Below, in pieces: positions 37,210 to 46,019 of a stretch of DNA of 64,000 bases. The stretch comes from Gemmatimonadales bacterium (GTDB lineage Bacteria > Gemmatimonadota > Gemmatimonadetes > Gemmatimonadales > GWC2-71-9): NCBI GenBank assembly GCA_046757925.1, contig JBHHZE010000011.1, forward strand, positions 4,145 through 68,144, written 5' to 3'. The notes below the pieces were generated by a model that was not told where the DNA came from, searched no databases, and saw only the letters and a program-made list of their open reading frames with translations. Within the stretch, counting starts at the first letter, position 1; each line of letters begins with the position of its first letter. Position numbers and translations under genes: made by a program.

Positions 37210-37823
37210 GGCACGATCACGAGCGTTTTGAGCCGAGCAATTGTGACACTTCCGATTCCTTTCACTCTCGCAAGATCCGCCAGTGAGTTGTACGGACCAT
37301 GGGCCTCGCGCTGGGCAACTATGGCCTTCGCCCTGATCGGCCCTATGCCGGGCAACTTGGCCAACACGTCTGCCGACGCCTGGTTGAGCCTTACCAGATC
37401 AGCCTTCGACTCAACCTGTCGCACCGGTCTTCGGCCCGAAAACACCGCGTACGGTTCGATCCCTGCCAGCAGGGCCGGTCCAACCCCACTCACCCTATCC
37501 AGCTCTGCCAACGATCCAAACGAGCCATGGGAATCGCGATCGGCGACGATTCTGGCAGCTAGTGCCGGCCCGACGCGAGGCAGTCGCAGCAGTTCCTGGG
37601 CCGAGGCACGATCCAGGTCGATTTTCTCTCCCTTGACCAAAGGTCTGGCAAGCCGGGCCGATCGCGCTGCGACGCTGTCGCGACTCGGACGTGGAACATC
37701 CGTGCCGCGATAGAGCACCGCCCCCGGAGCGTCACCAGATCCCAGAATCAACCGCAGCACCAGACCTATGCCGGCCAGCCCCAGCAACAGGGCCGCTGCC
37801 TTACGATCATCTCGAGTCGCCAC
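37206..37823 (-). CDS. ComEA-family helix-hairpin-helix DNA-binding protein with duplicated HhH modules
   Basis: N-terminal TM/signal anchor (AAALLLGLAGIGLVLRLIL). Two ComEA-type modules follow: DLDRASAQELLRLPRVGPALAARIVADRDSHGSFGSLAELDRVSGVGPALL and RLNQASADVLAKLPGIGPIRAKAIVAQREAHGPYNSLADLARVKGIGSVTI. Confidence 0.75.
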   Translation of the reverse strand: MATRDDRKAAALLLGLAGIGLVLRLILGSGDAPGAVLYRGTDVPRPSRDSVAARSARLARPLVKGEKIDLDRASAQELLRLPRVGPALAARIVADRDSHGSFGSLAELDRVSGVGPALLAGIEPYAVFSGRRPVRQVESKADLVRLNQASADVLAKLPGIGPIRAKAIVAQREAHGPYNSLADLARVKGIGSVTIARLKTLVIVP

Positions 37824-37920
37824 ACTCCAGGATGCTAGACGAAGTGGCTTGACACCACATCATTCCTACGCAGGCCGGTTCCAGAAATCGCGTGCACAAC
37901 TATCACGCCGGCCACGACAG

Positions 37921-38826
37921 CTACCTCACCAGTGCCACCGCCACGTCACCCACGATCTGAAGCGATCGCGCACTCACTTTGTCCAGGGTATCGTCCACGC
38001 TATGCCAGTAGCGGTTGTTCGGCCCATAGTCAAAATCGATCACGTCAATGGCTCTTATGCCGGCATCCCACAGCGAGACATGATCGTCAGTGATCGGGAA
38101 CCCTCTTTGCGACGGGAACACATGGCGGTATCCCAATCTCGCGGCCGTAGACCAGACCCGCTCCACCACCTCAGGGGCCTTTGCGAGCGACCCCGGCTCC
38201 TGTTGGAACGAGAGATCCTTGTCGCCCACCATGTCAAACACAATGGCGAAGAGGGGTTTTGGCCCGGATGGATCGAGATGCTCGGCATAGTAACGGGATC
38301 CAATCAGCACGTCCGTCCCCTCGCCGAAGTCTCCGAAGTCCTCCCCATCCACCAGCACCAGATCCACTCCGAACGCCGGCGGTCTCCGGGCTAGAACGTC
38401 CGCAACCCCCAGAAGGACCGCCACACCGGACGCCCCATCATTCGCACCGGGAAGAGGCCGTCTCTGATCCGCCAGGTTGGCGCTTTGATCGGCCTTAGGA
38501 CGCGTATCCCAATGGGCCAAGTACAGGATTCTATCCGTCAAGTCGGGCCGGAATTTTCCGATCAGATTTCTCAACTCCAGAGTGTCACCGCTCTCCGTGA
38601 CGTGCGTAAACGCCTGTTCTTCGACTGAATCTGCTGTTGCTCTAAGGTGCTGCAACATCCAGTCGCCGGCACGCCGGTGACCTTCGGTATTGGGTATTCG
38701 GGGACCGAACTCCATCTGGGTCTTCACATACTCATACGCTACGGCGCCGTCGAACTCCTGCGTCGCCCCAGCTCCTGCACTACAACCCAGCGTCACCACG
38801 AGAATCACTACCATCCGTACCCTCAT
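37921..38826 (-). CDS. M28-family metallopeptidase (glutaminyl-cyclase-like)
   Basis: Signal peptide/lipoprotein-like N-terminus (VVTLGCSAG). Metal-ligand regions HWDT, NDGASGVAVLL, FVDGEDFG and FDMVG are typical of M28. Confidence 0.8.
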   Translation of the reverse strand: MRVRMVVILVVTLGCSAGAGATQEFDGAVAYEYVKTQMEFGPRIPNTEGHRRAGDWMLQHLRATADSVEEQAFTHVTESGDTLELRNLIGKFRPDLTDRILYLAHWDTRPKADQSANLADQRRPLPGANDGASGVAVLLGVADVLARRPPAFGVDLVLVDGEDFGDFGEGTDVLIGSRYYAEHLDPSGPKPLFAIVFDMVGDKDLSFQQEPGSLAKAPEVVERVWSTAARLGYRHVFPSQRGFPITDDHVSLWDAGIRAIDVIDFDYGPNNRYWHSVDDTLDKVSARSLQIVGDVAVALVR

Positions 38827-38964
38827 CTGGCCTCACATGGCGCTAGTTTTTGGTCGCCAGGAACAAACCCAACATATGCCTCGTCCGCATGCATCTCGGT
38901 CCGCACGGCTGTAAAAGCGGCTATCCAATACTGGACAACTTTCAACGCCTGAGTGGGGTATGCC

Positions 38965-38993
38965 TTGTATAGCATGACCAACCAGAATATAAT
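38965..38993 (+). promoter_or_regulatory. Candidate sigma-70 promoter for the lptF/G-like operon (TTGTAT-N17-TATAAT)
   Basis: TTGTAT at 38965-38970, a 17-nt spacer, and a perfect TATAAT at 38988-38993, about 43 nt before the ATG at 39036. Located in the AT-rich divergent intergenic region. Confidence 0.4.
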
Positions 38994-39035
38994 GGACCAT
39001 CCAAGTCATTGTAGACCAGAAGGTTACACCAACAG

Positions 39036-40496
39036 ATGCGCATAGTTAGCCGCTACCTCCTGAAGCAGCATGCGGCCCCGTTCATTTTCTCTCTGCTCGC
39101 GCTCACGGGCTTCATGCTGTTGAACCAGATAGCCAAACGTCTGCCCCAACTGGTCGGCAAGGGTCTGCATTGGACCGTGATCGTGGAATTCTTTGCGCTC
39201 ACAGTCCCGTATCTGATAGCAATGACCCTATCCATGTCCGTGCTGCTGGCAGTCTTGCACACCTTCAGCCGCCTTGCCAACGACAGTGAGATAACCGCAT
39301 TTCGGGCAGGCGGGGTTTCGTTATTGCGCCTCATCAGGCCGGTACTATTCGCGGCCGCTGTGGTCACAGCCATAGCATTCGTTTTCGGAGATCAAATTCT
39401 GCCGCGCACGAATCACAAGTTACGCGTTCTGATGACCGACATTGGCCGTACGAAGCCGACATTCTCTCTGAAGGAGCACGTGATCAACGAAGTCCAGCCC
39501 GGCAGAGTCTTCCTGAGGGCAGCGCACATCGATCGAGCGACCTATGACATGCGCGATGTGACGATCTATCGCACCGCCAACATGAATAGCACTAGCATCA
39601 TATACGCGGACAGTGGACGAATGGCTTTCGCTCCGAATCACGAAGACCTCCAACTCATTTTGTTCAGTGGTTCCGTGCACGATTTCGATCGCTCGAATCC
39701 TGGATTGTTTCAGCGCACTAGCTACCAGCGCTATCTAATCCTGCTCTCTGGTGTGGGTAGCGAGTTCGTCCGAAGACAGGGTGACAACTTCCACGGTGAC
39801 CGTGAGCTGGGCGTATGCGAATTGGAGAAGGTAGCCCAAACCGCCCGGCGGAACGAGTGGCTCGCGGCCGAGCGTGCCCACGTTATCGAGATGAACGGAC
39901 TGCGTGTACTTGTGGGACTTCCGACGGTCGAGCCCGACACAATCGCTCCACGACGGCGTGCGAGCCTCTACTGCAGGTTGCGAGAGTCTTTGCTGCCGCA
40001 GCAGTTGGAAGCTCAGCAGACACCGCAGCACCAACCTGGTCTGGCTCATGGGCCAAGAAGGCTCTATGTGACCGCCCGCCCGCGCCAGAGCATGAGCGAA
40101 TCTCGCATGCAGGCCGATCGCGCTCGCGGATCGCGCATCAGAGCGGCCGTTTACTGGGTCGAGTTCCACAAGAAGTATTCGATTCCGGCCGCCTGCATTG
40201 TATTCGTGCTCGTGGGAGTACCTGTTGCGTTGAAATTCCCGCACAGCGGACTCGGCATGGTTATCGGAGTCGGAATGGGGGTATTCGGCATATACTACAT
40301 AGCCCTAATCGGGGGTGAGTCTCTGGCTAACCAACTCAAGATCCCACCGGCCCTAGCGATGTGGCTGCCCAATATGGTGTTCGGCCTCCTGGGCACGGTT
40401 GGGCTGTGGCGACTTTCGCGCCAGGGTGTGGCGCGCAGCGGGTCACCTCTTAGGGGGACAGGAACGGACCCCACCTCCAACCTATCGCAAGAATGA
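39036..40496 (+). CDS. LptF/LptG-family (YjgP/YjgQ) LPS export permease, long form
   Basis: MRIVSRYLLKQHAAPFIFSLLALTGFMLL is the canonical family N-terminus. Has three TMs, a periplasmic beta-jellyroll, then three C-terminal TMs. It carries about 70-100 extra residues before the C-terminal TM bundle. Confidence 0.75.
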   Translation: MRIVSRYLLKQHAAPFIFSLLALTGFMLLNQIAKRLPQLVGKGLHWTVIVEFFALTVPYLIAMTLSMSVLLAVLHTFSRLANDSEITAFRAGGVSLLRLIRPVLFAAAVVTAIAFVFGDQILPRTNHKLRVLMTDIGRTKPTFSLKEHVINEVQPGRVFLRAAHIDRATYDMRDVTIYRTANMNSTSIIYADSGRMAFAPNHEDLQLILFSGSVHDFDRSNPGLFQRTSYQRYLILLSGVGSEFVRRQGDNFHGDRELGVCELEKVAQTARRNEWLAAERAHVIEMNGLRVLVGLPTVEPDTIAPRRRASLYCRLRESLLPQQLEAQQTPQHQPGLAHGPRRLYVTARPRQSMSESRMQADRARGSRIRAAVYWVEFHKKYSIPAACIVFVLVGVPVALKFPHSGLGMVIGVGMGVFGIYYIALIGGESLANQLKIPPALAMWLPNMVFGLLGTVGLWRLSRQGVARSGSPLRGTGTDPTSNLSQE

Positions 40497-41575
40497 TTGG
40501 GCGTATTCTGGACCGCTACCTATTAGAGGAATGGTTCAAGATTTTTACGTTCACGACCGTAGGCTTCCCTCTCATAGTCATTCTCTTGGAGCTCACGGAC
40601 AACCTGGACGACTACTTGGCAAGAGGCATCACTCCCGGCGCAATCGCACTGGGATATCTCTTCAGCCTCCCCGACAAGTTGTTCCTCGTTTTGCCGGCAG
40701 CGGTGCTGTTCGCGACGATCTTCAGTCTCGGATCCATGAGCCGCCACTCAGAACTGACGGCGGCCAAGGCTGCCGGGCGGAGCTTCCAACGCACGGTACT
40801 TCCGATAGTGGCTGCCGCGATGCTTGCCACCGGGGCGGGTATTGCGGTCGGCCAACTGGCTCCGAGCGCCACCCGCCGGCAACTCGAACTCCACGGTGAG
40901 TTGGAAAAGAGATCGACCAACTCACGTCAGAACTTCGTTTATAGGGCAGAAGAAGGCTGGGTGTATTCGATACGTTCGCTGAACGTCAAGCAGCAGCAAA
41001 TGGCCAATCTGGTTCTCGAGCGTGAGGGGAGCGGAGCCAATTATCCCACAATCGCCGTACAGGCACGCATCGGTACGTATGATCCTACGACCGCCCGGTG
41101 GACGCTCCGCCAGGGCCGGATGCGGATGATCGCTCCCTCCACGGGAGAGGTGGCATTCAAGTTCGACTCACTACGGCTGCGCAATCTCACCGAGACTCCC
41201 GCCGATCTCCTGGTTGAGCCCAAGAAACCTGAAGAGATGACTTACTCCGAACTCGGCGGATACATAGAAGCTCTCGAACGGTCCGGAGGCGACGGGAGAC
41301 AACTCAGGGTGGACCAAGCTCTCAAGATATCGGTTCCCTTCACATGCTTCATTATCGCGATCTTCGGCGCCCCTCTCGCAATTACCGCTCCCAGGGCCAG
41401 CGGAGCCCTGGGTGTAGCGTTGGCACTGGGAACCACCTTGGTGTTTCTGGTTCTCATGCAGATGTCGCGGGCCATCGGGGGAGGCGGCATCCTACCACCG
41501 GCATGGGCCGCGTGGGCTCCGAACATCGCATTCGGGCTGGCCGGACTCTGGCTATTGAAGCGAGCGCGATCGTAG
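40493..41575 (+). CDS. LptF/LptG-family LPS export permease
   Basis: ILDRYLLEEWFKIFTFTTVGFPLIVILLEL N-terminus, 360 aa. Has a 4-nt overlap with the preceding paralog. Confidence 0.8.
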   Translation: MIGRILDRYLLEEWFKIFTFTTVGFPLIVILLELTDNLDDYLARGITPGAIALGYLFSLPDKLFLVLPAAVLFATIFSLGSMSRHSELTAAKAAGRSFQRTVLPIVAAAMLATGAGIAVGQLAPSATRRQLELHGELEKRSTNSRQNFVYRAEEGWVYSIRSLNVKQQQMANLVLEREGSGANYPTIAVQARIGTYDPTTARWTLRQGRMRMIAPSTGEVAFKFDSLRLRNLTETPADLLVEPKKPEEMTYSELGGYIEALERSGGDGRQLRVDQALKISVPFTCFIIAIFGAPLAITAPRASGALGVALALGTTLVFLVLMQMSRAIGGGGILPPAWAAWAPNIAFGLAGLWLLKRARS

Positions 41576-41703
41576 ATCGCTTACTCAACGGACTCCACGG
41601 CCTCCCGGCGCTTGTAGCATCTTCTCATTAGGTTCGGCGAGCGCAATCTGTACCCCGTGTTGCACCTGGGCGAACTGGATCGCGAGAACTATTTCAACTG
41701 AAG

Positions 41704-43131
41704 GTGGCATCCATGGACACATTCGGCTGGCTCTCGATCATCCCTCCAATCATTGCAATCGGGTTGGCGATCAAGACCAAGCAAGTTTACCTGTCACTCA
41801 TCTTGTTTGTGTGGATGGGCTGGACGATCATGAGCTCGTGGAATCCGGTCGAGGGACTGATACGATCGGTCGACGTCTTTCTAGCGAAAATCACGGAACC
41901 CGACAACGCGAGAGTGCTGCTATTCAGCGCCCTGATCGGTGCGATGATTACCTTCACTCAAGCTTCCGGTGGTATGGAAGGGTTTGTACGGTGGGTCGAG
42001 CATCGAGGACTCGCTCATTCAAAACGCTCTGTCGGACTCATCGCCGTATTCGTGAGTCTCAGTGTATTCCTCGAATCCAATTTCGGACTCCTGGTATCGG
42101 GTTCGGTAGCGCGGCCACTGTTCGACAAGTGTCGTATATCGCGTGAGAAACTGAGCTACCTCATAGACGCGACCTGCTCTCCCAAGTGCATCTTGATCCC
42201 ACTCAACGCGTGGGGGGCCTACGTAATCAGCCTACTTGCAGCTCAGGACGTGGCAAGGCCGGTTGCTTTGGTTGTCGCTGCCCTGCCCCTCAACTTCTAC
42301 GCCATCCTCGCCATCGTTCTGGCACTCGTAGTCGTAGTGGTAGAATGGAACATCGGACCCATGCGGGAGGCAGAACGACGAGTTGCCGAGGAGGGCAAGC
42401 TTCTCAGAGACGGTGCGGAACCGATGGTGTCAGCAGATGTGGCGACGGTCCAGCCAAAAGAAGGACTCCCCTATAGAGCCGTCAACATGGTAGTCCCCAT
42501 CGCAGTAATGGTTGCCACGGTACCTTCGGTTCTATGGATTACCGGGAACGGCGACATCATGGCGGGGAGTGGGTCACAAGCCGTCCTATGGGGGGTGATA
42601 GTGGGGCTTTTCGCAGCAGCAGTACTCTATAAGTTACAGGGCATCATGTCCATCAAGGAGTTGAACGACAATGTCATCCGAGGTATTCAGGGATTGATAC
42701 CTCTGGTAATTGTGCTTTCCCTAGCGTTTGCGATCGGTGAAACAACTAAGGCCCTGGGCACAGGTGTGTTCTTGGCTCAGGCAGCGCAGGCTACCGTGAA
42801 TCCCGGCCTGGTTCCCGCAATCGTCTTTGTCTTGGGTTGCTTCATCGCATTCTCGACAGGAACCTCCTGGGGCACCTTTGCAATCATGATTCCGATCGTC
42901 ATTCCCATGATTAGCCTGTTGGGTTTGCATCCAGGACTCACCTTAGGTGCCGCCCTGGGCGGCGGCATTTTCGGAGACCACTGCTCACCCATCTCGGATA
43001 GCACCATAGTGGCATCGATGGCTTCCGCCACTGATCACATCGATCATGTCCGGACTCAACTACCTTACGCCCTCGCCGCTGCCGGGGGCGCTACCCTGCT
43101 GTTCCTCACCTTCGGCTTCCTGCTCCGATGA
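41704..43131 (+). CDS. Na+/H+ antiporter NhaC family
   Basis: About 12 TM segments. Family-typical N-terminus (SIIPPIIAIGLAIKTKQVYLSL) and C-terminal GGGIFGDHCSPISDSTI. An alternative ATG at 41713 with GAAGGTGG upstream is possibly the true start. Confidence 0.85.
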   Translation: MASMDTFGWLSIIPPIIAIGLAIKTKQVYLSLILFVWMGWTIMSSWNPVEGLIRSVDVFLAKITEPDNARVLLFSALIGAMITFTQASGGMEGFVRWVEHRGLAHSKRSVGLIAVFVSLSVFLESNFGLLVSGSVARPLFDKCRISREKLSYLIDATCSPKCILIPLNAWGAYVISLLAAQDVARPVALVVAALPLNFYAILAIVLALVVVVVEWNIGPMREAERRVAEEGKLLRDGAEPMVSADVATVQPKEGLPYRAVNMVVPIAVMVATVPSVLWITGNGDIMAGSGSQAVLWGVIVGLFAAAVLYKLQGIMSIKELNDNVIRGIQGLIPLVIVLSLAFAIGETTKALGTGVFLAQAAQATVNPGLVPAIVFVLGCFIAFSTGTSWGTFAIMIPIVIPMISLLGLHPGLTLGAALGGGIFGDHCSPISDSTIVASMASATDHIDHVRTQLPYALAAAGGATLLFLTFGFLLR

Positions 43132-43144
43132 CCCAGGAATCGGA

Positions 43145-44059
43145 ATGAGACTCCTGAAACCCCTCGCGGTCACGACAGCGGCTTCGGCATTCGCCCTGGT
43201 CGCACTTTCGCCGCTCGTCCGCATCACCGATTCCGGCCTGGGATGCGGCGAGCACTGGCCCCTGTGCAACGGACATCTCATCCCCCCACTCGATAACGTA
43301 GAGGTCATGATCGAATGGGGACACCGCTTGGCTGCCGCTGCGGTGAGCACCTTGCTGCTCGTCATGACCGGCTATGCCTTCTTGTTCCGACACACCGTGA
43401 GAATTGCAGGCAAGCAGGGAGTTCTGAAGCTCGCCATCTTAGGTTGCATTCTCTTGGTAGTTCAAATCCTTCTCGGGGCGATAACCGTATGGAACAGCCT
43501 GCCGTGGGCCGTGACAGCCACGCACCTAGCAAACGCCATGGTACTGCTTGCAGTTCTGTCGGTGGCTGCGTTCCGCGCCCTTGAACTTCCACAAACGAGC
43601 CAAGGGAATCGGCATCACTTGTTCCGCGCCGCAGTTGCTTCCGTGGCGCTCGGTGCAAGTGCGCTGCTACTCGGGGCGATTACCGCCAACACAGGGGCCG
43701 GTCCAGCCTGTCAGGGGTTTCCACTGTGTAGCGGCCAGATATGGCCCACTGCGGCATCCAGCGCTCTTCCAACTGTTCATTGGATTCATCGCCTCGTCGC
43801 CTACGGCCTGTTTTTTCACATGTTGGGACTAACAATCAGGGTAGAACGCCAACCGACCCCAGCTGTCGTAAGAACGGCCACCCGCCTCACCTTCGGCCTG
43901 ACAGTTCTCCAGATTGCGGTTGCAGTAGTCATGGTCCTAGCGAGTCTCCCCACCGTGTGGCGCTCGCTGCACGCGGTGATCGCTACTGCGCTCTGGGTGG
44001 CGTTGATTCACCTCGCCTGGACGACTGCCACAATCGATCCCCAGACTTCGTCAGCGTAG
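43145..44059 (+). CDS. ctaA: Heme A synthase (COX15/CtaA)
   Basis: GLGCGEHWPLCNG motif, paired His-containing helices (WGHRLAA, HWIHRLVA), and a second GPACQGFPLCSG motif. The start is set at ATG 43145. The track ORF start at 43046 would overlap nhaC by 86 nt. Confidence 0.85.
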   Translation: MRLLKPLAVTTAASAFALVALSPLVRITDSGLGCGEHWPLCNGHLIPPLDNVEVMIEWGHRLAAAAVSTLLLVMTGYAFLFRHTVRIAGKQGVLKLAILGCILLVVQILLGAITVWNSLPWAVTATHLANAMVLLAVLSVAAFRALELPQTSQGNRHHLFRAAVASVALGASALLLGAITANTGAGPACQGFPLCSGQIWPTAASSALPTVHWIHRLVAYGLFFHMLGLTIRVERQPTPAVVRTATRLTFGLTVLQIAVAVVMVLASLPTVWRSLHAVIATALWVALIHLAWTTATIDPQTSSA

Positions 44060-44065
44060 CGGAAG

Positions 44066-45238
44066 CTATGTCGGGAGAAATAGCTGGGTTTGGCGCACCT
44101 TTGGAGTTACCTCAGGTCCACTGTCTCCCATAATGACATTGATCTCGCTCCGTACCCCAAAGCGCCCAGCCAGGTAGACACCCGGTTCCACGGAGAAGAC
44201 TACGCCGGGCACCAGTGTCCTCACATCGTGTGTCTCGAAGTCGTCCAGATGCGGACCGGAACCGTGCAGATCCTGATCGATAGAATGGCCGGTACGATGG
44301 CCGAACTCGGCGGCGTACCCCCGTTTCGCCAACAGATCACGTGCAGCCCTGTCGAGGCTAGCCCCGGTAATCGCCTGTCCTGCAGCACAGGCTGAATCCA
44401 GGTGCTCCACTACCGCGTCCCTCGCCGCCGTTACGGCGTCCCACACGTCGACAACCTCCTTGGGGGGAGTGTGCCCCGAAAAACCCATCCAGGTCTGATC
44501 CGCCCACGCCGCATGCTCACCTCTTGCCCACAGGTCGAGCAGGATCACCTCGTCTTTGAGCAGGGCTCGATCACCGCTTTGCGCGGTATTGTGGTGGGGA
44601 TCTGCCGCGTGGGCCCCGAAGGCTACAATCGGCGGATCTTCCACACTCAATCCGGCGCGCTCGAATTGCTCCATAACTCGCCGCTGGATATCTATTTCGT
44701 TTACCTGCCCGGCCTCGCATACCGCAACTTCCAACGTCGATCTCGCAATTTCTGCTACGATCTCGGCGGCGGCTCGATGGGCCGCGAGTTCCGCATTCGT
44801 CCAGCGCGCAGCGAAGTTCGTTACCAGTTGATCGGACGGTAGCACCTGGGCTCCAAGACCGCTCAAGAGTTCCACTACTCCGTGCGGGACCCTGTCGACG
44901 TAGGGCACGGTATTTCCGGGAGACACTTCCATGGCTACGCGTTTCCCGGTTACTAGTGTCTCGAGTTTCTGGTGCAGCTCTTGCCATGTAGTGTAAACAA
45001 CGGTTTTGCCAGCAAAGTCCTGCACGGCAGCTGCGTCTATCGAATGAACTATGGCCACGGGCGGACCTTGCGCCGGCAGCCAAACGAACACGCGTCTGGT
45101 GACCATGCCTTCGTATCCAATCACCCGCCGAGCTACAGGGTTCACTCCGTGAAAATCGTACAGCAACCAACCATCCGCTCCGGTAGTGTTCAACGCTTGC
45201 TCGAGTACTGTGGGATCGATTCGCTCTAACGCCTTCAT
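44066..45238 (-). CDS. M24-family metallopeptidase (Xaa-Pro aminopeptidase/creatinase fold)
   Basis: Pita-bread metal ligands are present (LLDLWA..., HRTGHSID, FSVEPGVY, SEINV). The start is set at ATG 45238 (ATGA overlap with the upstream stop). Confidence 0.85.
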   Translation of the reverse strand: MKALERIDPTVLEQALNTTGADGWLLYDFHGVNPVARRVIGYEGMVTRRVFVWLPAQGPPVAIVHSIDAAAVQDFAGKTVVYTTWQELHQKLETLVTGKRVAMEVSPGNTVPYVDRVPHGVVELLSGLGAQVLPSDQLVTNFAARWTNAELAAHRAAAEIVAEIARSTLEVAVCEAGQVNEIDIQRRVMEQFERAGLSVEDPPIVAFGAHAADPHHNTAQSGDRALLKDEVILLDLWARGEHAAWADQTWMGFSGHTPPKEVVDVWDAVTAARDAVVEHLDSACAAGQAITGASLDRAARDLLAKRGYAAEFGHRTGHSIDQDLHGSGPHLDDFETHDVRTLVPGVVFSVEPGVYLAGRFGVRSEINVIMGDSGPEVTPKVRQTQLFLPT

Positions 45239-45855
45239 CGCTGACCTCGCAGGTTGAGTTGCCACCTACATAGCTGGTCGCCTCTGCTGCAGCACGCTTC
45301 GTGCAACATTGCTCCGTCGAAATCCGTCAAGCGCCTCATGAGTTCCGCCAGCGCCACTCCGTAAAACTCACAGCCCTCACCCGCCGTACCTTCCGTCGAC
45401 GGAAGGTCGCATCCATGCGCTACGACACTGCCGTCATCATCCCTCATCTCGAGTCCGAACACCTTCGCAACCAACCCCCTGGCAGCTGCAAACCCCATGT
45501 GCGATCCCAGCGGCCCAATCCCAACTTTCCGAAGCGCCCGGATCGGCAGCGGTAGAATCCCAACAGCTCTCCGGGCTGCCCGTCTGCCCGCCTGGTTAAA
45601 CGTCAGTGCAGAATCGCTGCGCCGACTCACCAGTGTGAATAGCTGCACGACATCAATTGACTTCGTGTACCCACCCTTCCGTTCTAACTTGCGGTAGCGG
45701 TCAATTTGGGCGGCTACAGTCGGATTCATGCCCAGGCGTTTGGAAGCAATCTCGTCTCCGGGCGTGTCCATACCGAGCGGGACGGAGCCGTCAAGGAGGC
45801 GTACCGTTTCGAGTAGCGCAAGGGGAATTATGGCGTGTATTCTTGTTGTATGCAC
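45235..45855 (-). CDS. Hypothetical protein with a V4R-like (4-vinyl reductase) C-terminal domain
   Basis: The C-terminus GEGCEFYGVALAELMRRLTDFDGAMLHEACCSRGDQLCRWQL resembles the Cys-containing V4R small-molecule-binding domain. The assignment is tentative. Confidence 0.4.
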   Translation of the reverse strand: MHTTRIHAIIPLALLETVRLLDGSVPLGMDTPGDEIASKRLGMNPTVAAQIDRYRKLERKGGYTKSIDVVQLFTLVSRRSDSALTFNQAGRRAARRAVGILPLPIRALRKVGIGPLGSHMGFAAARGLVAKVFGLEMRDDDGSVVAHGCDLPSTEGTAGEGCEFYGVALAELMRRLTDFDGAMLHEACCSRGDQLCRWQLNLRGQR

Positions 45856-46019
45856 GAGGCCGAAGCAGCTGGATATGTGGCGGCGAGCAAGTTAGCCCGG
45901 AAACGGGAGATCTGCCAGGGACAGTTGCGCTACTCGGTTCCCGAGGCCATTCTATTGCATCCAGTCATGATGCATTTAGACGGTTCCGATCCCCACGAGA
46001 ACTCACTTGAGGTACCTGA

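Noticed and set aside
38827-39035. AT-rich strand-switch region as a possible replication origin
   Set aside because: There is only one weak DnaA-box-like sequence (CTATCCAAT) and no cluster of boxes. No dnaA, dnaN or par genes are nearby. It is more simply a divergent promoter region.
43046-43144. Longer ctaA ORF start overlapping the end of nhaC by 86 nt
   Set aside because: The extension (MSGLNYLTPSPLPGALPCCSSPSASCSDDPGIG) is low-complexity and is simply the nhaC 3-prime region read in another frame. ATG 43145 gives a normal CtaA N-terminus (MRLLKPLAV...).
45899-45926. GGAAA-N20-GTT upstream of the ECF sigma gene, as a SigR-type autoregulated promoter
   Set aside because: The spacer is about 2 nt longer than the GGAAT-N18-GTT type consensus, and the match is short. 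This is not enough to call without a PWM or TSS data.
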